A stretch of DNA of 36,962 nt from a virus, in the IMG/VR virus record IMGVR_UViG_3300027715_000021; one strand, written 5' to 3'. This document shows positions 16,261 through 26,818 of the stretch, piece by piece. The position numbers were made by a program, and so were the translations under genes. Positions within the stretch are counted from its first letter, which is position 1. Each line of letters begins with the position of its first letter. The notes beneath the pieces are model-generated. The model was not told the DNA's origin. It ran no database searches and saw nothing but the letters and a program-made list of their open reading frames with translations.

Positions 16261-18087
16261 ATGGCTATATTAAAACAAACAAATACAAATAAACCACTTA
16301 CAATAGATAAGTTTTTAGGTATTAATCTAACTAAAGCAGGAGATACACAACTAGAACTTGGAGAAAGTGGTAACATGAAAAATTGTTATATAACTAAAGA
16401 TTATGATTTAGCTAAAATAGAAGGATATTTGCAATTATTTACTTTGAAATACAATAAACCTATACAAGGTATGTGGTATGGGACTTTAGATAATAAATTA
16501 ACATTTATTTTTGCTTTAAATGGTTCTATATATAGACTAAATGATAATTATTGGTTAGATGATACTTTATGGGGTTCATTTGATGATTGTGTAACTAATT
16601 TAGGAAACTTAACTGATAGTTTGACTAATTTCTTTTTATTTAATAATATATTATATATAATTAATGGATATGAATATAAAAAATATATTGGTACAGGGAC
16701 TATTCAAACAGTAACTGGATATATACCTAAAACATATATAGGTTGTAAGCCTTCAACTGGAAGTGGAACTGCTTTTGAAGATATAAATTTATTGACAGGT
16801 AGTAAAAGAGTTACATTTAACGGAGATACTACAAGTACATATAAATTATTAGAACAAAATATTGATAGTATTGATTTTGTTAAAGTAGATGGAGTAACTA
16901 AAACTATAACTACACATTATACTGTAAATTTAACAACTGGAATAATAACATTTACTTCTGGAAATATACCAGCAGTAGGTATAAATAATGTAGAAATAGA
17001 ATGGACTAAAGGAACAGGTACAAGAGAATTAGTAGAAAAAAATAGATTTGCTGAATTATTTGGAGAAGCTTCAGATAATAGAGTGTTTTTATATGGACAT
17101 ACTGATAATATAAATCAAAGAATAAACTCAATTTTAGCAGATGGAATACCGAGTGCTGAATATTTTAGTGCAACTAATATCGATTTAATAGGTTCAAGTG
17201 ATTTTGCTATAACTGATATAAAACAACAACAAAAATCTATGCTAGTATTTAAAGAAAATGAAACATACTATTCTTATTATGATATAGTTAATTTAGATGG
17301 TGTTGATATAGTTAATTTCCCTATATATAAAATAAATGACACACGTGGAAATTTGCCATATGGACAATCACAATTACTTAATAATAAAATATATACTATA
17401 GATACTACTTTGATAAATTGGACTACTACACAAATAGTAGATGAAAGAAATATGAAAGAAATAGGTATTAGAATTCAAAGAGATTTAAATAATAATGATT
17501 TAAGTTTAGCTAAAACTGTAGATTATCAAAGTAAATTCGAAATGTGGATATCAATAGGTAAACAAGTATGGATATATAATTATTTATTAGATACTTTTTC
17601 AAGACTTACATTAGAAGATGAGCCGACTTGCTGGATATTAATTGGAAGTGAATTATATTTCGGAACTACTGATGGTAGAATAATGAAAATAAGTGAAAAT
17701 TATATAACTTTTAATGGAGTTGCTATTGAATCTCATTGGGAAATGAATATGTTTAACTTTGGAACTGATTATTTAACTAAATCATTAACTAAAGCTTGGA
17801 TAACATTAGCTTCACAAACAAAATCTTCTTGTGATATTAAATTTGTAACAGATTCTAGTATAACACCAACAACTGAGAGTATAGATAGAAGTATAATAAC
17901 ATTTGGAAATGTAGATTTTAGTAATTTTACATTTACAACAAATTATAATCCAAAAACTTTTAGACTTAAATTAAGAGCTAAAAAATTCACTTATTTAAAA
18001 TTAGTTTTAGATAGTAATGAAATAGATACTAGTTTTGTAGTATTAAACTTTACATTAAAAACCGAAACAGGAAGTGAAACTAAATAA
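16261..18087 (+). CDS. Large virion or tail-associated structural protein (608 aa)
   Basis: Its size and position fit a tail hub or nozzle-type protein. No motif is recognised with certainty. Confidence 0.5.
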   Translation: MAILKQTNTNKPLTIDKFLGINLTKAGDTQLELGESGNMKNCYITKDYDLAKIEGYLQLFTLKYNKPIQGMWYGTLDNKLTFIFALNGSIYRLNDNYWLDDTLWGSFDDCVTNLGNLTDSLTNFFLFNNILYIINGYEYKKYIGTGTIQTVTGYIPKTYIGCKPSTGSGTAFEDINLLTGSKRVTFNGDTTSTYKLLEQNIDSIDFVKVDGVTKTITTHYTVNLTTGIITFTSGNIPAVGINNVEIEWTKGTGTRELVEKNRFAELFGEASDNRVFLYGHTDNINQRINSILADGIPSAEYFSATNIDLIGSSDFAITDIKQQQKSMLVFKENETYYSYYDIVNLDGVDIVNFPIYKINDTRGNLPYGQSQLLNNKIYTIDTTLINWTTTQIVDERNMKEIGIRIQRDLNNNDLSLAKTVDYQSKFEMWISIGKQVWIYNYLLDTFSRLTLEDEPTCWILIGSELYFGTTDGRIMKISENYITFNGVAIESHWEMNMFNFGTDYLTKSLTKAWITLASQTKSSCDIKFVTDSSITPTTESIDRSIITFGNVDFSNFTFTTNYNPKTFRLKLRAKKFTYLKLVLDSNEIDTSFVVLNFTLKTETGSETK

Positions 18088-18099
18088 GGAGGAATAACA

Positions 18100-18978
18100 A
18101 TGTCATTAACTAAACCAACATTTGCAACTAATAATATAGCTTCGCTAAGCGAAACACCAAATATAACAGAAGGATTAAGCGCATTACAACTACAACAATT
18201 ATTTGATAAAGTTGGAGTTGATATAAAATCATACTTAACAAGTACATTAACAACTGAACTTGATACACAACTAACTAATTTAAATAATGGATGGGTATCT
18301 TTAGATAATGTTTTAACATTTTCATCATTAAATACTAGAACATCAATAGTTACAACAAGTATAGATTTAACTTCTATGCTTTCTATTGGTATGAAAATAA
18401 AATTAACACAAACTACTACAAAATATTTTATTATAACTGGAATATCAGAAACTACTTTAACATTATATGGAGGTACAAATTATACTTTAATAAATGCTGC
18501 TATTACTAATATATCTTATAGTAGTCAAAAATCACCTTATGGATTTCCTATAAATCCAGATAAATGGGATATTATAGTAAAAGATACTTCTGGATTAGCG
18601 CAATCTAATCCAACAGCAGGAACTTATTATAATATAGGAACATTTAAAATTGATTTAGAACCTGGTTCGTGGGATTTAGGTTATGATTTGATAGCTGAAG
18701 GTGCTATTGCTTCAGGAACACAAGCTCAATGTCAAGTAACTTTATCTACATCAAATAATTCAGTAAGTGATGCTGATTTTAACTCTTTAGCTAGAATTAT
18801 AGGTGCTTCAGGTGCATTAACTATAACTGAAAAACAAAATAAATCTAAAAATATTACTGTTAATGTGAAAACACCATATTATTTATTAGCAGTTACAGGT
18901 GTTGCAGGACAAAGTTCTATAGGATTTAAAAGTGCAACAGGTACTACAATTTTAAAAGCTAAATGTGTTTATTTGTAA
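18100..18978 (+). CDS. Tail fibre or appendage-like protein (292 aa)
   Basis: The N-terminus TEGLSALQLQQLFDKVGVDIKSYLTSTL resembles the conserved N-termini of Firmicute phage fibres or appendages. Confidence 0.45.
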   Translation: MSLTKPTFATNNIASLSETPNITEGLSALQLQQLFDKVGVDIKSYLTSTLTTELDTQLTNLNNGWVSLDNVLTFSSLNTRTSIVTTSIDLTSMLSIGMKIKLTQTTTKYFIITGISETTLTLYGGTNYTLINAAITNISYSSQKSPYGFPINPDKWDIIVKDTSGLAQSNPTAGTYYNIGTFKIDLEPGSWDLGYDLIAEGAIASGTQAQCQVTLSTSNNSVSDADFNSLARIIGASGALTITEKQNKSKNITVNVKTPYYLLAVTGVAGQSSIGFKSATGTTILKAKCVYL

Positions 18979-18988
18979 AGGAGCAAAA

Positions 18989-19192
18989 ATGGAAAATTTA
19001 AAAAAACAAATAATAAAAGAAATTGATACTAGTAAAAATACAGTTATAAAAATGCTTATATTTGTAATATTATCTATAACATTTATGTTTAGTGCTACAA
19101 TATGCTATATTACATATCAAACTTATAACTACGATTATGAAGTTCCACAAATAGAAAATAAAAATACTAATACAAATAATAATAATAATTAG
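18989..19192 (+). CDS. Small membrane protein (67 aa, one TM)
   Basis: The track ORF is 18965..19192. The internal ATG at 18989 follows an aaaggag RBS. TM stretch VIKMLIFVILSITFMFSATICYI. Confidence 0.5.
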   Translation: MENLKKQIIKEIDTSKNTVIKMLIFVILSITFMFSATICYITYQTYNYDYEVPQIENKNTNTNNNNN

Positions 19193-19208
19193 AAAGGAAG
19201 TGTTTTAA

Positions 19209-19259
19209 ATGGCAAGAAAACAACCTAAACAACCCAAAGCTAGAAAGCCAAGAAAATAA
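19209..19259 (+). CDS. Micro-ORF encoding a 16-aa highly basic peptide (MARKQPKQPKARKPRK)
   Basis: ATG 7 nt after an aaaggaag RBS. Half of its residues are Lys or Arg. It is too short to be sure it is translated. Confidence 0.3.
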   Translation: MARKQPKQPKARKPRK

Positions 19260-19273
19260 CGGAGGATAAAATT

Positions 19274-19486
19274 ATGGATAATCAAATTATTGTGTATCTA
19301 TTACCAACCATTATAAGTATAATCACAATAGGTGCACCAGTAATCAAATTAAATTCTACTATTACAAATTTAGATAACACATTAAAAAATGTTGTAAAAA
19401 GGCAAGATGAAGATAGAAGTAAATTAGAAAAAAGTTGTGATAAGTTAGAAACACATGAGATAAGATTAACAAAGTTAGAAAAGTAG
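19274..19486 (+). CDS. Small membrane protein (70 aa, N-terminal TM plus charged helix)
   Basis: TM stretch IIVYLLPTIISIITIGAPVI followed by a coiled, charged tail. ggagg RBS. Confidence 0.5.
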   Translation: MDNQIIVYLLPTIISIITIGAPVIKLNSTITNLDNTLKNVVKRQDEDRSKLEKSCDKLETHEIRLTKLEK

Positions 19487-19494
19487 GTGAAAAT

Positions 19495-19734
19495 ATGAAA
19501 GAAAAAATATTAATGATATTAAAAAGATTTGACAGTAAAGGAACTTGGATTGGTATTGCTTCAATTATAGTTTTAATATTCTCTACTGCTGGTGTTGATA
19601 TAAATACTATTACTAGTTGGAGTTTATTAGGTAAAACTATATTAGATATAATATCTAATCCTGCTACTATATTTGCAATAGTTGGTGCAATATTTGCATT
19701 TTTAAATAATCCAACAGATAAAGAAAATTGGTAA
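19495..19734 (+). CDS. Holin-like protein (79 aa, two TM helices)
   Basis: Two hydrophobic helices (WIGIASIIVLIFSTAG and IFAIVGAIFAFL) with a charged C-terminus. A hairpin at 19742..19762 follows. Confidence 0.5.
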   Translation: MKEKILMILKRFDSKGTWIGIASIIVLIFSTAGVDINTITSWSLLGKTILDIISNPATIFAIVGAIFAFLNNPTDKENW

Positions 19735-19786
19735 ATAATATAGGCACTATATAAAAGTGCCTTAAATCTATCATTAAGGAGGAATT

Positions 19787-20569
19787 ATGGATAATTACGA
19801 ACAACAACTAGCAAATTTAAAAGAAGAACAAAAAAACATTGCTAGGCAAAAACTTGAAAATGCAAAAAATGAAGCTTTAACTCAAGTTTCTAGAGAAGAA
19901 TCTAAACTAATGCCAACATTTACGCAACAAAAACAACAAGCTGATACTACAAGTCAAATAAAAGCTAAAAACTTTGCTGAATTTTTAAGTAATCGTGGAC
20001 AAACAAATGCTGGAATTTCTGCAGCAGCTGAAATGTCAAGACAAAATGTGCTAGGTAGAGATATAGGAAATATACAAACTGCTGAAAATACTGCTAAAAC
20101 TGGATTTACACAAAGTAGAACTGATTTAGAAAAAAGTATGCAAAATAATTTATCAAGTCAATATGGAAATATAGAACAAACATATGCACAAAATTTATTA
20201 CAATATAGAGAGCAAAAAAGACAAGAAGAATTAGCTAGACAAGAACAACTACGTAAAGAAGAATTAGCTAGACAAGAACAATTAAGACAAGAGGCTGTTG
20301 CAAGACAAAATGCTGAATTAGAATATCAAAGAAGTCTTAACTTAGCAAGAGCAAAATCAAGTGCTTCTGCTTCTTCTTATTCACCTTATACTGAAAGTTC
20401 AAGTCCAAATCAATCTCCAGTAATAACAAAATTAAATGCTAATACAATTTTAGTCAAAAAACCAAATGGAAGTGCTGCAACTTTAACTATAACTCCAAAT
20501 TCTACTAATGACCAAATTTTAAATTGGGGTAAAAGACAAGGCGTTGATTTAAGTTCTTATATAAGTTAG
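19787..20569 (+). CDS. Gln/Arg-rich coiled-coil virion protein (260 aa)
   Basis: It contains an internal duplicated EELARQEQLR unit and a Ser-rich C-terminus. It precedes the 1364-aa protein. Confidence 0.5.
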   Translation: MDNYEQQLANLKEEQKNIARQKLENAKNEALTQVSREESKLMPTFTQQKQQADTTSQIKAKNFAEFLSNRGQTNAGISAAAEMSRQNVLGRDIGNIQTAENTAKTGFTQSRTDLEKSMQNNLSSQYGNIEQTYAQNLLQYREQKRQEELARQEQLRKEELARQEQLRQEAVARQNAELEYQRSLNLARAKSSASASSYSPYTESSSPNQSPVITKLNANTILVKKPNGSAATLTITPNSTNDQILNWGKRQGVDLSSYIS

Positions 20570-20581
20570 GAGGTATATAAA

Positions 20582-23500
20582 ATGGGTTTTAATTTTGATA
20601 AACTTGAAAAAGATAAATCATACAATGATACTAACGATATAAAAAATATGATTAAAACAGTACGTTCTAAACCTATAAATGAAACTATTACAAAACCAAA
20701 AATTAATGAAACGCCTCTTTATACTGGTAAAAAAGCTAGTACATTTGAAAAGATAACATTACCTTTTAGTAGTTTATTAGGTGGTGCTACTGCTGGATTA
20801 AGAGGATTAATAAATTTACCAAGTACTATAGCGGGAACGGATCCTACAATAGGAAATATAACTACATTTGAAGAAAGAGTTAAACAGATACAAGATCAAG
20901 TATCTTCACCTTTAAAAATAACTTCTGAAGTTACAGGTGGCATTGGACAAATGGTACCTTCAATTGGGGCTGCTTTTATAAATCCAGTGTTAGGTATTGC
21001 AACAGGCGCTGGAACTTCTGCTGGAGAAAATTATAGAACATCTATAGAAGAAGGTAAAACTAAAAATCAAGCTAGGGCTTATGGATTAGCTACTGGGGTT
21101 TTAGAAGGAACTTTACAAAAAGCACTTGGTGGAATAAATGTATTTGGAAAAAGTGGTGCTAGTAAATTAATTGGCAAAGAATTAGATGATGTAATTTCTA
21201 AAATCGCTAAAACAAATACTGGTAAAGAAATTGCAAAAGGACTTGCTAGTTCTGGGAGTGAATTTTCTCAAGAATATATTCAATCTGCTATTAATCCAGT
21301 TGTTAGAAATTTAACTTTAGATGAGAATAATGAATTTAAACCAGTATCTAAAGAGGCTTTGTATAGTGGAGTATTAGGTGCACTTACTTCAGGAGTATTA
21401 AATTCTCCTGGAATTTCTAAAAAAATAAAAACAGGAATACAAACAGATATACAAAATAAACAAACATTAAAACAATCTCAAATACCTTTAATACAACCAC
21501 AAATCCAATCTAATCAAGTTTTATCTATAAATAAACAAACTACTCAACAACCTTTACAAAACGCTTTAAATAATGATATAGTGCAACCTCAAGTAAAACA
21601 AACTGATAAAGTTGCTCAACTATTAACTAGTAAACCAAAAGAAATAAAACCAACAATAGGTCAAGAAATTGACAAAACATATCAAGCATTAGTAAATAAA
21701 GGCGCCCCAGTTGATAAACTTGCAAAAGAAACTGGACAAAAAGAACTTAAATTTGCTTATGATAAAATGTTAGGTTCAGAGGGGGAAGGACAAAATACTA
21801 TTGGGAATTTTCAAACTAATTTACAAGGTAACAAAATAGGTAAATCTATAAAAGAAATATGGGAACCTATAAATGAAAGTGGAAAAACACAAGAATTTAG
21901 TGATTATTTATTGCATAAACATAATATTGATAGAATGGTACAAGAAAAACCAGTATTCGGAGAAAATGTTACAGCTCAAGATAGTGCTAATATAGTATCA
22001 AATTATGAGAAAACTAATCCTGAATTTATTGAATGGTCTAAAGATATTAACAACTTTAATAAAAATGAACTTCAAAATATGGTAGATGCGGGAATAACAA
22101 GTAAAGAAATTCAAAATTACTTAAATGAAACTTATGATAATTATGTTAGAATACAAAGAGAACAAACTAAAACACAAGGTCCAGTTGGATATACACAAAC
22201 AGGAGTTAAAGTAAATAATCCTATACAAAAAGCAAAAGGTGGTAATCAAAATATATTACCATTAGAACAAAGTATGGCTGAACAAGCTTTAAAAACTAGA
22301 AATGCGATAAGAAGAAATCTATTTGGTAAAGAACTATTAAAAGTAACTGGTGGAGTAAAAACAGATACAACAGATGTAACTAGTCCAGTAAATGAAAAAA
22401 ATGGAGAATATACATTTACAGTATATGAAAATGGTCAACCGGTAGTGATACCACTTAGTAAAGAATTATATGATAGTATAAAACCTAAAGTTAAGAGTGG
22501 AGTAGAAGATTTAACTGCTGTAAAAGCAGTGCAAGGTTTAAGTAGATTACAAAGAGATTTAATAACTGCTAAAAATCCTATATTTACTATAACTAACTTT
22601 TTAAAAGATTTTCAAGATGGTATATTTAATTCTAAATATCCAACTAGTTTTGTTAAAAATTATCCTAAAGCTGCTTATGAAATGCTTACTAAATCAGATA
22701 ATTGGCAACAATATGAAGGCCTTGGAGGCTCACAAAATACATTTTTTGATTATGATACAGGGATTGTTAAAGATAAAGGCGTAATTGGAACTTTAGGACA
22801 ATGGATTGAAAAAGCAAATAACTTTGTAGAACAAGCACCAAGATTTAGTGAGTTTTTAAGTACATTAGAAAAAGGAAAGTCTTTAAATGAAGCAATGTAT
22901 AATGCTGCTGAAGTAACAACTAATTTCAAACGTGGTGGAGATATTGCTAAAGCAATAAATAGAAATGGTGTTAACTTTTTTAATGCATCTATACAGGGTT
23001 TTGATAAATTTAGAAGAAACTTTACAGAATTAGAAAATGCTACTGATTATATAAAATTATTATCTAAAGTAGCTATTATTGGTGTTGGACCCGCTTTAAT
23101 TAATGATATACTTCTTTCTGATAATGAAGAATACAAAGATTTAGATGATAGAACAAAAGATGGATATTATTTATTTCCACAAGGAAATGGTAAGTTTATT
23201 AAAATACCTAAAGGAAGAATGTTAAGTATATTTGGAAGTGCTGCTAGAAGAACTTTAGAAGCATCAAAAGGAAATGAACAAGCATTTAAAGGTTTTGGTG
23301 GATTTGCAACTCAACAAGTGGCACCTATTAATCCATTTGAAAGTAACTTATTATCTCCAATTGCTCAAGTTTCTACTAATAAATCTTGGATGGGTACACC
23401 AATAGTATCACAATCATTACAAAATTTATATCCAGGCATGCAATCTGATGAAAAAACATCAAGTTTAGCTAAAAAAATAGGTGAAAGTTTAAATATATCA

Positions 23501-24676
23501 CCTAAAAAAATAGATTACTTAATTAAAGGATATACTGGAGGTATTGGACAAGTAGTTATGCCTAAATTAACACCTCAAGCTGAACAAGGAATATTAACAA
23601 ATAAATTTCAAACTGATAGTGTTTATAGTAGTAAAACTGGTAGTGATTTTTATGATACTTTAGATAAAAAAAATACTGAGAGTGCTAATGAAAAAATAAA
23701 GAAAAATCTTGAAAAAGGAACTACTACTTATACTAGTTTAGAAAGTAAATATTTAACTTCTAAAAGTTCTGAAATATCTGATTTATATAAACAAAAAAAA
23801 GCAATTCAAAATTCTGATATTACTGATAAAGAAAAACAAGAACAAACAAGAAAAATACAAATAGAAATAAATAAAAAAGAAAAAGAAGCATTAAATGAAC
23901 TTAAAAATCCTGATAGAGTAGATTACTTTAAAAAATTACCTGAAATAGAAAATTCTAAAACAGATGAAAACAAAACTGTTTTAAAAGGAAAATTAATATT
24001 AGATAGTAATTATTCTAATAAAAACAAAATAGAATTTATGGATGAAATGTTATCTGATGAACAAAAAAAAGAAGTTAATATATTAGGTAATAAATTAAAT
24101 ATACCAATTTTAGATTCTTATAGAGTAATATCTACTATTAAAAATGCTTCAGGAGATAAAGATAATGCAGATAAAACAATAAGCGGTTCATCTACCGCTA
24201 AACAAGTTTTAGGTGTGTTAAATATGAATTTAGATAATAATAAGAAAAATGAAATATTAGATTATTTAACTGATTCTAAAGAACCAATAAAAATAGAACA
24301 AATAGATAATATAAAAAAAGATGAACAAACTTTAACAAATTATTTTAGTTTATCTAAAGAGGCACAAAATAAAGTATCTAATAATAAATTATTAGGAATA
24401 GATGAAAATGAATCAATTGATTATTTTAAAAAAATAAGTGATATTAAATCTGATAAAGATATTAATGGTAAAACTATAACTAACAGTAAAAAAAATAAAG
24501 TGAAAAAATTAATTGGTAGTTTAAATTTATCCGTACCACAAAAAATAATATTAGAAAAACAATCTGGTTATGATAACAAATCTAATTATGGGACTATTTA
24601 TAATTATATTGGTAAATTAAATATTAGTAATACTGAAAAAAATAAAATATTAAAAGATATGGATATTATAAAATAA
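20582..24676 (+). CDS. Giant virion protein (1364 aa), of tape-measure or internal-ejection type
   Basis: The N-terminal part has Gly/Ala-rich hydrophobic segments (GGATAGLRGLI, GGIGQMVPSIGAAFINPVLGIATGAG), followed by a long helical Lys-rich C-terminal half. It is the largest ORF of the genome. Confidence 0.55.
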   Translation: MGFNFDKLEKDKSYNDTNDIKNMIKTVRSKPINETITKPKINETPLYTGKKASTFEKITLPFSSLLGGATAGLRGLINLPSTIAGTDPTIGNITTFEERVKQIQDQVSSPLKITSEVTGGIGQMVPSIGAAFINPVLGIATGAGTSAGENYRTSIEEGKTKNQARAYGLATGVLEGTLQKALGGINVFGKSGASKLIGKELDDVISKIAKTNTGKEIAKGLASSGSEFSQEYIQSAINPVVRNLTLDENNEFKPVSKEALYSGVLGALTSGVLNSPGISKKIKTGIQTDIQNKQTLKQSQIPLIQPQIQSNQVLSINKQTTQQPLQNALNNDIVQPQVKQTDKVAQLLTSKPKEIKPTIGQEIDKTYQALVNKGAPVDKLAKETGQKELKFAYDKMLGSEGEGQNTIGNFQTNLQGNKIGKSIKEIWEPINESGKTQEFSDYLLHKHNIDRMVQEKPVFGENVTAQDSANIVSNYEKTNPEFIEWSKDINNFNKNELQNMVDAGITSKEIQNYLNETYDNYVRIQREQTKTQGPVGYTQTGVKVNNPIQKAKGGNQNILPLEQSMAEQALKTRNAIRRNLFGKELLKVTGGVKTDTTDVTSPVNEKNGEYTFTVYENGQPVVIPLSKELYDSIKPKVKSGVEDLTAVKAVQGLSRLQRDLITAKNPIFTITNFLKDFQDGIFNSKYPTSFVKNYPKAAYEMLTKSDNWQQYEGLGGSQNTFFDYDTGIVKDKGVIGTLGQWIEKANNFVEQAPRFSEFLSTLEKGKSLNEAMYNAAEVTTNFKRGGDIAKAINRNGVNFFNASIQGFDKFRRNFTELENATDYIKLLSKVAIIGVGPALINDILLSDNEEYKDLDDRTKDGYYLFPQGNGKFIKIPKGRMLSIFGSAARRTLEASKGNEQAFKGFGGFATQQVAPINPFESNLLSPIAQVSTNKSWMGTPIVSQSLQNLYPGMQSDEKTSSLAKKIGESLNISPKKIDYLIKGYTGGIGQVVMPKLTPQAEQGILTNKFQTDSVYSSKTGSDFYDTLDKKNTESANEKIKKNLEKGTTTYTSLESKYLTSKSSEISDLYKQKKAIQNSDITDKEKQEQTRKIQIEINKKEKEALNELKNPDRVDYFKKLPEIENSKTDENKTVLKGKLILDSNYSNKNKIEFMDEMLSDEQKKEVNILGNKLNIPILDSYRVISTIKNASGDKDNADKTISGSSTAKQVLGVLNMNLDNNKKNEILDYLTDSKEPIKIEQIDNIKKDEQTLTNYFSLSKEAQNKVSNNKLLGIDENESIDYFKKISDIKSDKDINGKTITNSKKNKVKKLIGSLNLSVPQKIILEKQSGYDNKSNYGTIYNYIGKLNISNTEKNKILKDMDIIK

Positions 24677-24687
24677 GGAGGTTTAAT

Positions 24688-25674
24688 ATGGATAATTTTG
24701 ATAGAATAACAATAGGAAATACTATAACCGAAAGATTTTTAGAAGATAATAGAACTATTTTATTTGAATCTATTGGAAAAGAATATGATCTAAAATACAG
24801 ATCAGATTTAATTTCAAATCAAGCTGATTTCAAATTAGATAATGATAATAGTAAAGTATATGAAGTTATTGAAACTTATTCTCAAAAAATAGAATATAAT
24901 CAAACAAATGGTAAACAAAAAACAATAATAGTTGATAGCGAAAATAATATAATAGAATCTACTAGAAATGCTTTAAATGTATCAATACAAGATCCCGAAA
25001 ATATTTCAGTAAACTATTATTTTTATCAATTAAAAGCGACAACAAACCCAACTCAAAGTTATACAACTGGTTCTAGTATTATAAATGTTGCTAATGCAAC
25101 AGGAGCAATACAAAATAACGTTATAAATATTAAAACAGCAACAAGATTTTATCAAGGGCTTATTAAAACTATAAATGGTACTGCTATTACTATAAGTCCG
25201 AAGATTAATTTTGATATAACAAGTAGTACAATAGTTGAATTTGGTGATTACAATATGAATAAAAACGGAAGCGTTACACCAGTTGAATTTATACTAGAAA
25301 CACCAATTAATACTACATGGCATGTTAAAACTATGAATTTTAGTATATTAGACCAAACTGAAATGGATGATGCTAAATTTGGAGGATTAACAGCTTTAAC
25401 GAATGGATTATCTTTAACAAAAGAAGATGGAGTTATTGAAAATTACTGGTTAATATATTCAAATATCGGTTTTGAAGAAAATGGATATACAACTAAATAT
25501 TCATCAAAAGCACCAGCTGGCTATTATGGTTTCAACGGTAGAAAAGATATCATTCAAGTAAATGGTACAATATTAAAACTAGAAAATGGAGAACAACTAA
25601 AAATAGTTGTTAATGATGATTTAACAGGACTTAACAAAATGGTGTTTACAATAAATGGTCATATAATAATATAA
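24688..25674 (+). CDS. Virion structural protein (328 aa)
   Basis: Track ORF with an aggagg RBS between the giant protein and the lysis gene. Confidence 0.5.
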   Translation: MDNFDRITIGNTITERFLEDNRTILFESIGKEYDLKYRSDLISNQADFKLDNDNSKVYEVIETYSQKIEYNQTNGKQKTIIVDSENNIIESTRNALNVSIQDPENISVNYYFYQLKATTNPTQSYTTGSSIINVANATGAIQNNVINIKTATRFYQGLIKTINGTAITISPKINFDITSSTIVEFGDYNMNKNGSVTPVEFILETPINTTWHVKTMNFSILDQTEMDDAKFGGLTALTNGLSLTKEDGVIENYWLIYSNIGFEENGYTTKYSSKAPAGYYGFNGRKDIIQVNGTILKLENGEQLKIVVNDDLTGLNKMVFTINGHIII

Positions 25675-25695
25675 ATATGTTTAGGAGGTATTAAC

Positions 25696-25830
25696 ATGGA
25701 AGAAAAAGAAATTCAAATAATAGAATTTGATGAAGAATTATATAAAAAAAATATACAAGAAAATGATTTTTCAGAAAAAATAATAGATGGGATCGGAACT
25801 GATAAAGAAGAAAGTGTTGGTGAAGGTTAA
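25696..25830 (+). CDS. Small acidic protein (44 aa)
   Basis: ATG after an aggagg RBS. Its stop overlaps the endolysin ATG (TAATG). Confidence 0.4.
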   Translation: MEEKEIQIIEFDEELYKKNIQENDFSEKIIDGIGTDKEESVGEG

Positions 25831-26750
25831 TGGAATATACAAAAGTTAATTGTCCTACAAATAAATACAATATAAAATGTCCTTATACAATGATACCAAC
25901 AGGTATAGTGGTACATAATACTGCAAATGATGCTTCTGCTATGTCTGAAATATCATATATGTTAGGTAATAATAATACAACTTCTTATCACCTAGCTATA
26001 GATGATTATAGAGCTGTACAAGGTATTAGTTATAACAGGAACACTTGGAATGCAGGAGATGGTATAAATGGAAATGGAAATAGAAATAAAATATCTATTG
26101 AAATTTGTTATTCTAAATCTGGTGGTCCTAGATATAATCAAGCAGAAAATAACGCTGTAGAATTTATAGTTGGTATATTAAAGCAATATGGGTGGGGTAT
26201 AGATAGAGTATCTAAACATCAAGATTACTCAGGTAAATATTGTCCTCATAGAATATTAGATAATAGCTGGCAAAACTTTATAAATAAAATAGCATTAAAA
26301 CTTAATGGTACTAATCCAATTTCAGTACAACCTACTAACAAATATAGTGCTGGTGGATATCAAGTAAATACAACTGCTGGACTTAATGTAAGAAGTGGTG
26401 CAGGTACTAGTTATAATAGAGTTGCTTATCTTACTAATGGATCTAAACAGGGTATAGATAGAACAGAAGGTAACTGGGGACATTTAATGAACAATGCTGG
26501 CTGGATTTGTTTGGATTATTGTTTTAGATTACAAGATAATCAACCAGCGACAAATGGATATACTCCAGGAAGTTATCAAACAAACTCAAGTTCAGGCTTA
26601 AATGTAAGAAGTGGACCTGGAACTAATTACAATAGAGTTGCAACTATAGGTAATAATTCAAAACAAGGTATTGATAGAGTGCAAGGAAGTTGGGGACACT
26701 TATCTAATAACATTGGTTGGATATGTTTGGATTATTGTATTAAAATATAG
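25830..26750 (+). CDS. Endolysin: N-acetylmuramoyl-L-alanine amidase (Amidase_2/PGRP) with two SH3b cell-wall-binding repeats
   Basis: Catalytic region VVHNTAND...SYHLAIDD...ISIEICYS...HQDYSGKYCPHRIL. The SH3b module is duplicated (YQVNTTAGLNVRSGAGTSYNRV.. and YQTNSSSGLNVRSGPGTNYNRV..). Confidence 0.9.
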   Translation: MEYTKVNCPTNKYNIKCPYTMIPTGIVVHNTANDASAMSEISYMLGNNNTTSYHLAIDDYRAVQGISYNRNTWNAGDGINGNGNRNKISIEICYSKSGGPRYNQAENNAVEFIVGILKQYGWGIDRVSKHQDYSGKYCPHRILDNSWQNFINKIALKLNGTNPISVQPTNKYSAGGYQVNTTAGLNVRSGAGTSYNRVAYLTNGSKQGIDRTEGNWGHLMNNAGWICLDYCFRLQDNQPATNGYTPGSYQTNSSSGLNVRSGPGTNYNRVATIGNNSKQGIDRVQGSWGHLSNNIGWICLDYCIKI

Positions 26751-26779
26751 TTGACAAGTAATTAAATTAGATATATAAT
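26751..26779 (+). promoter_or_regulatory. Perfect consensus sigma-A promoter (TTGACA, 17-nt spacer, TATAAT)
   Basis: TTGACA at 26751..26756 begins 1 nt after the endolysin stop. TATAAT is at 26774..26779. Confidence 0.7.
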
Positions 26780-26818
26780 ATAACAAAACACACTATTTTT
26801 AATAAAGGAGTGGCTAAA

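Noticed and set aside
20219-20290. A direct 36-nt-period repeat (gaagaattagctagacaagaacaa, two copies) in gene 19787..20569
   Set aside because: It is only a two-copy in-frame duplication of an EELARQEQLR helix segment, an ordinary coiled-coil expansion.
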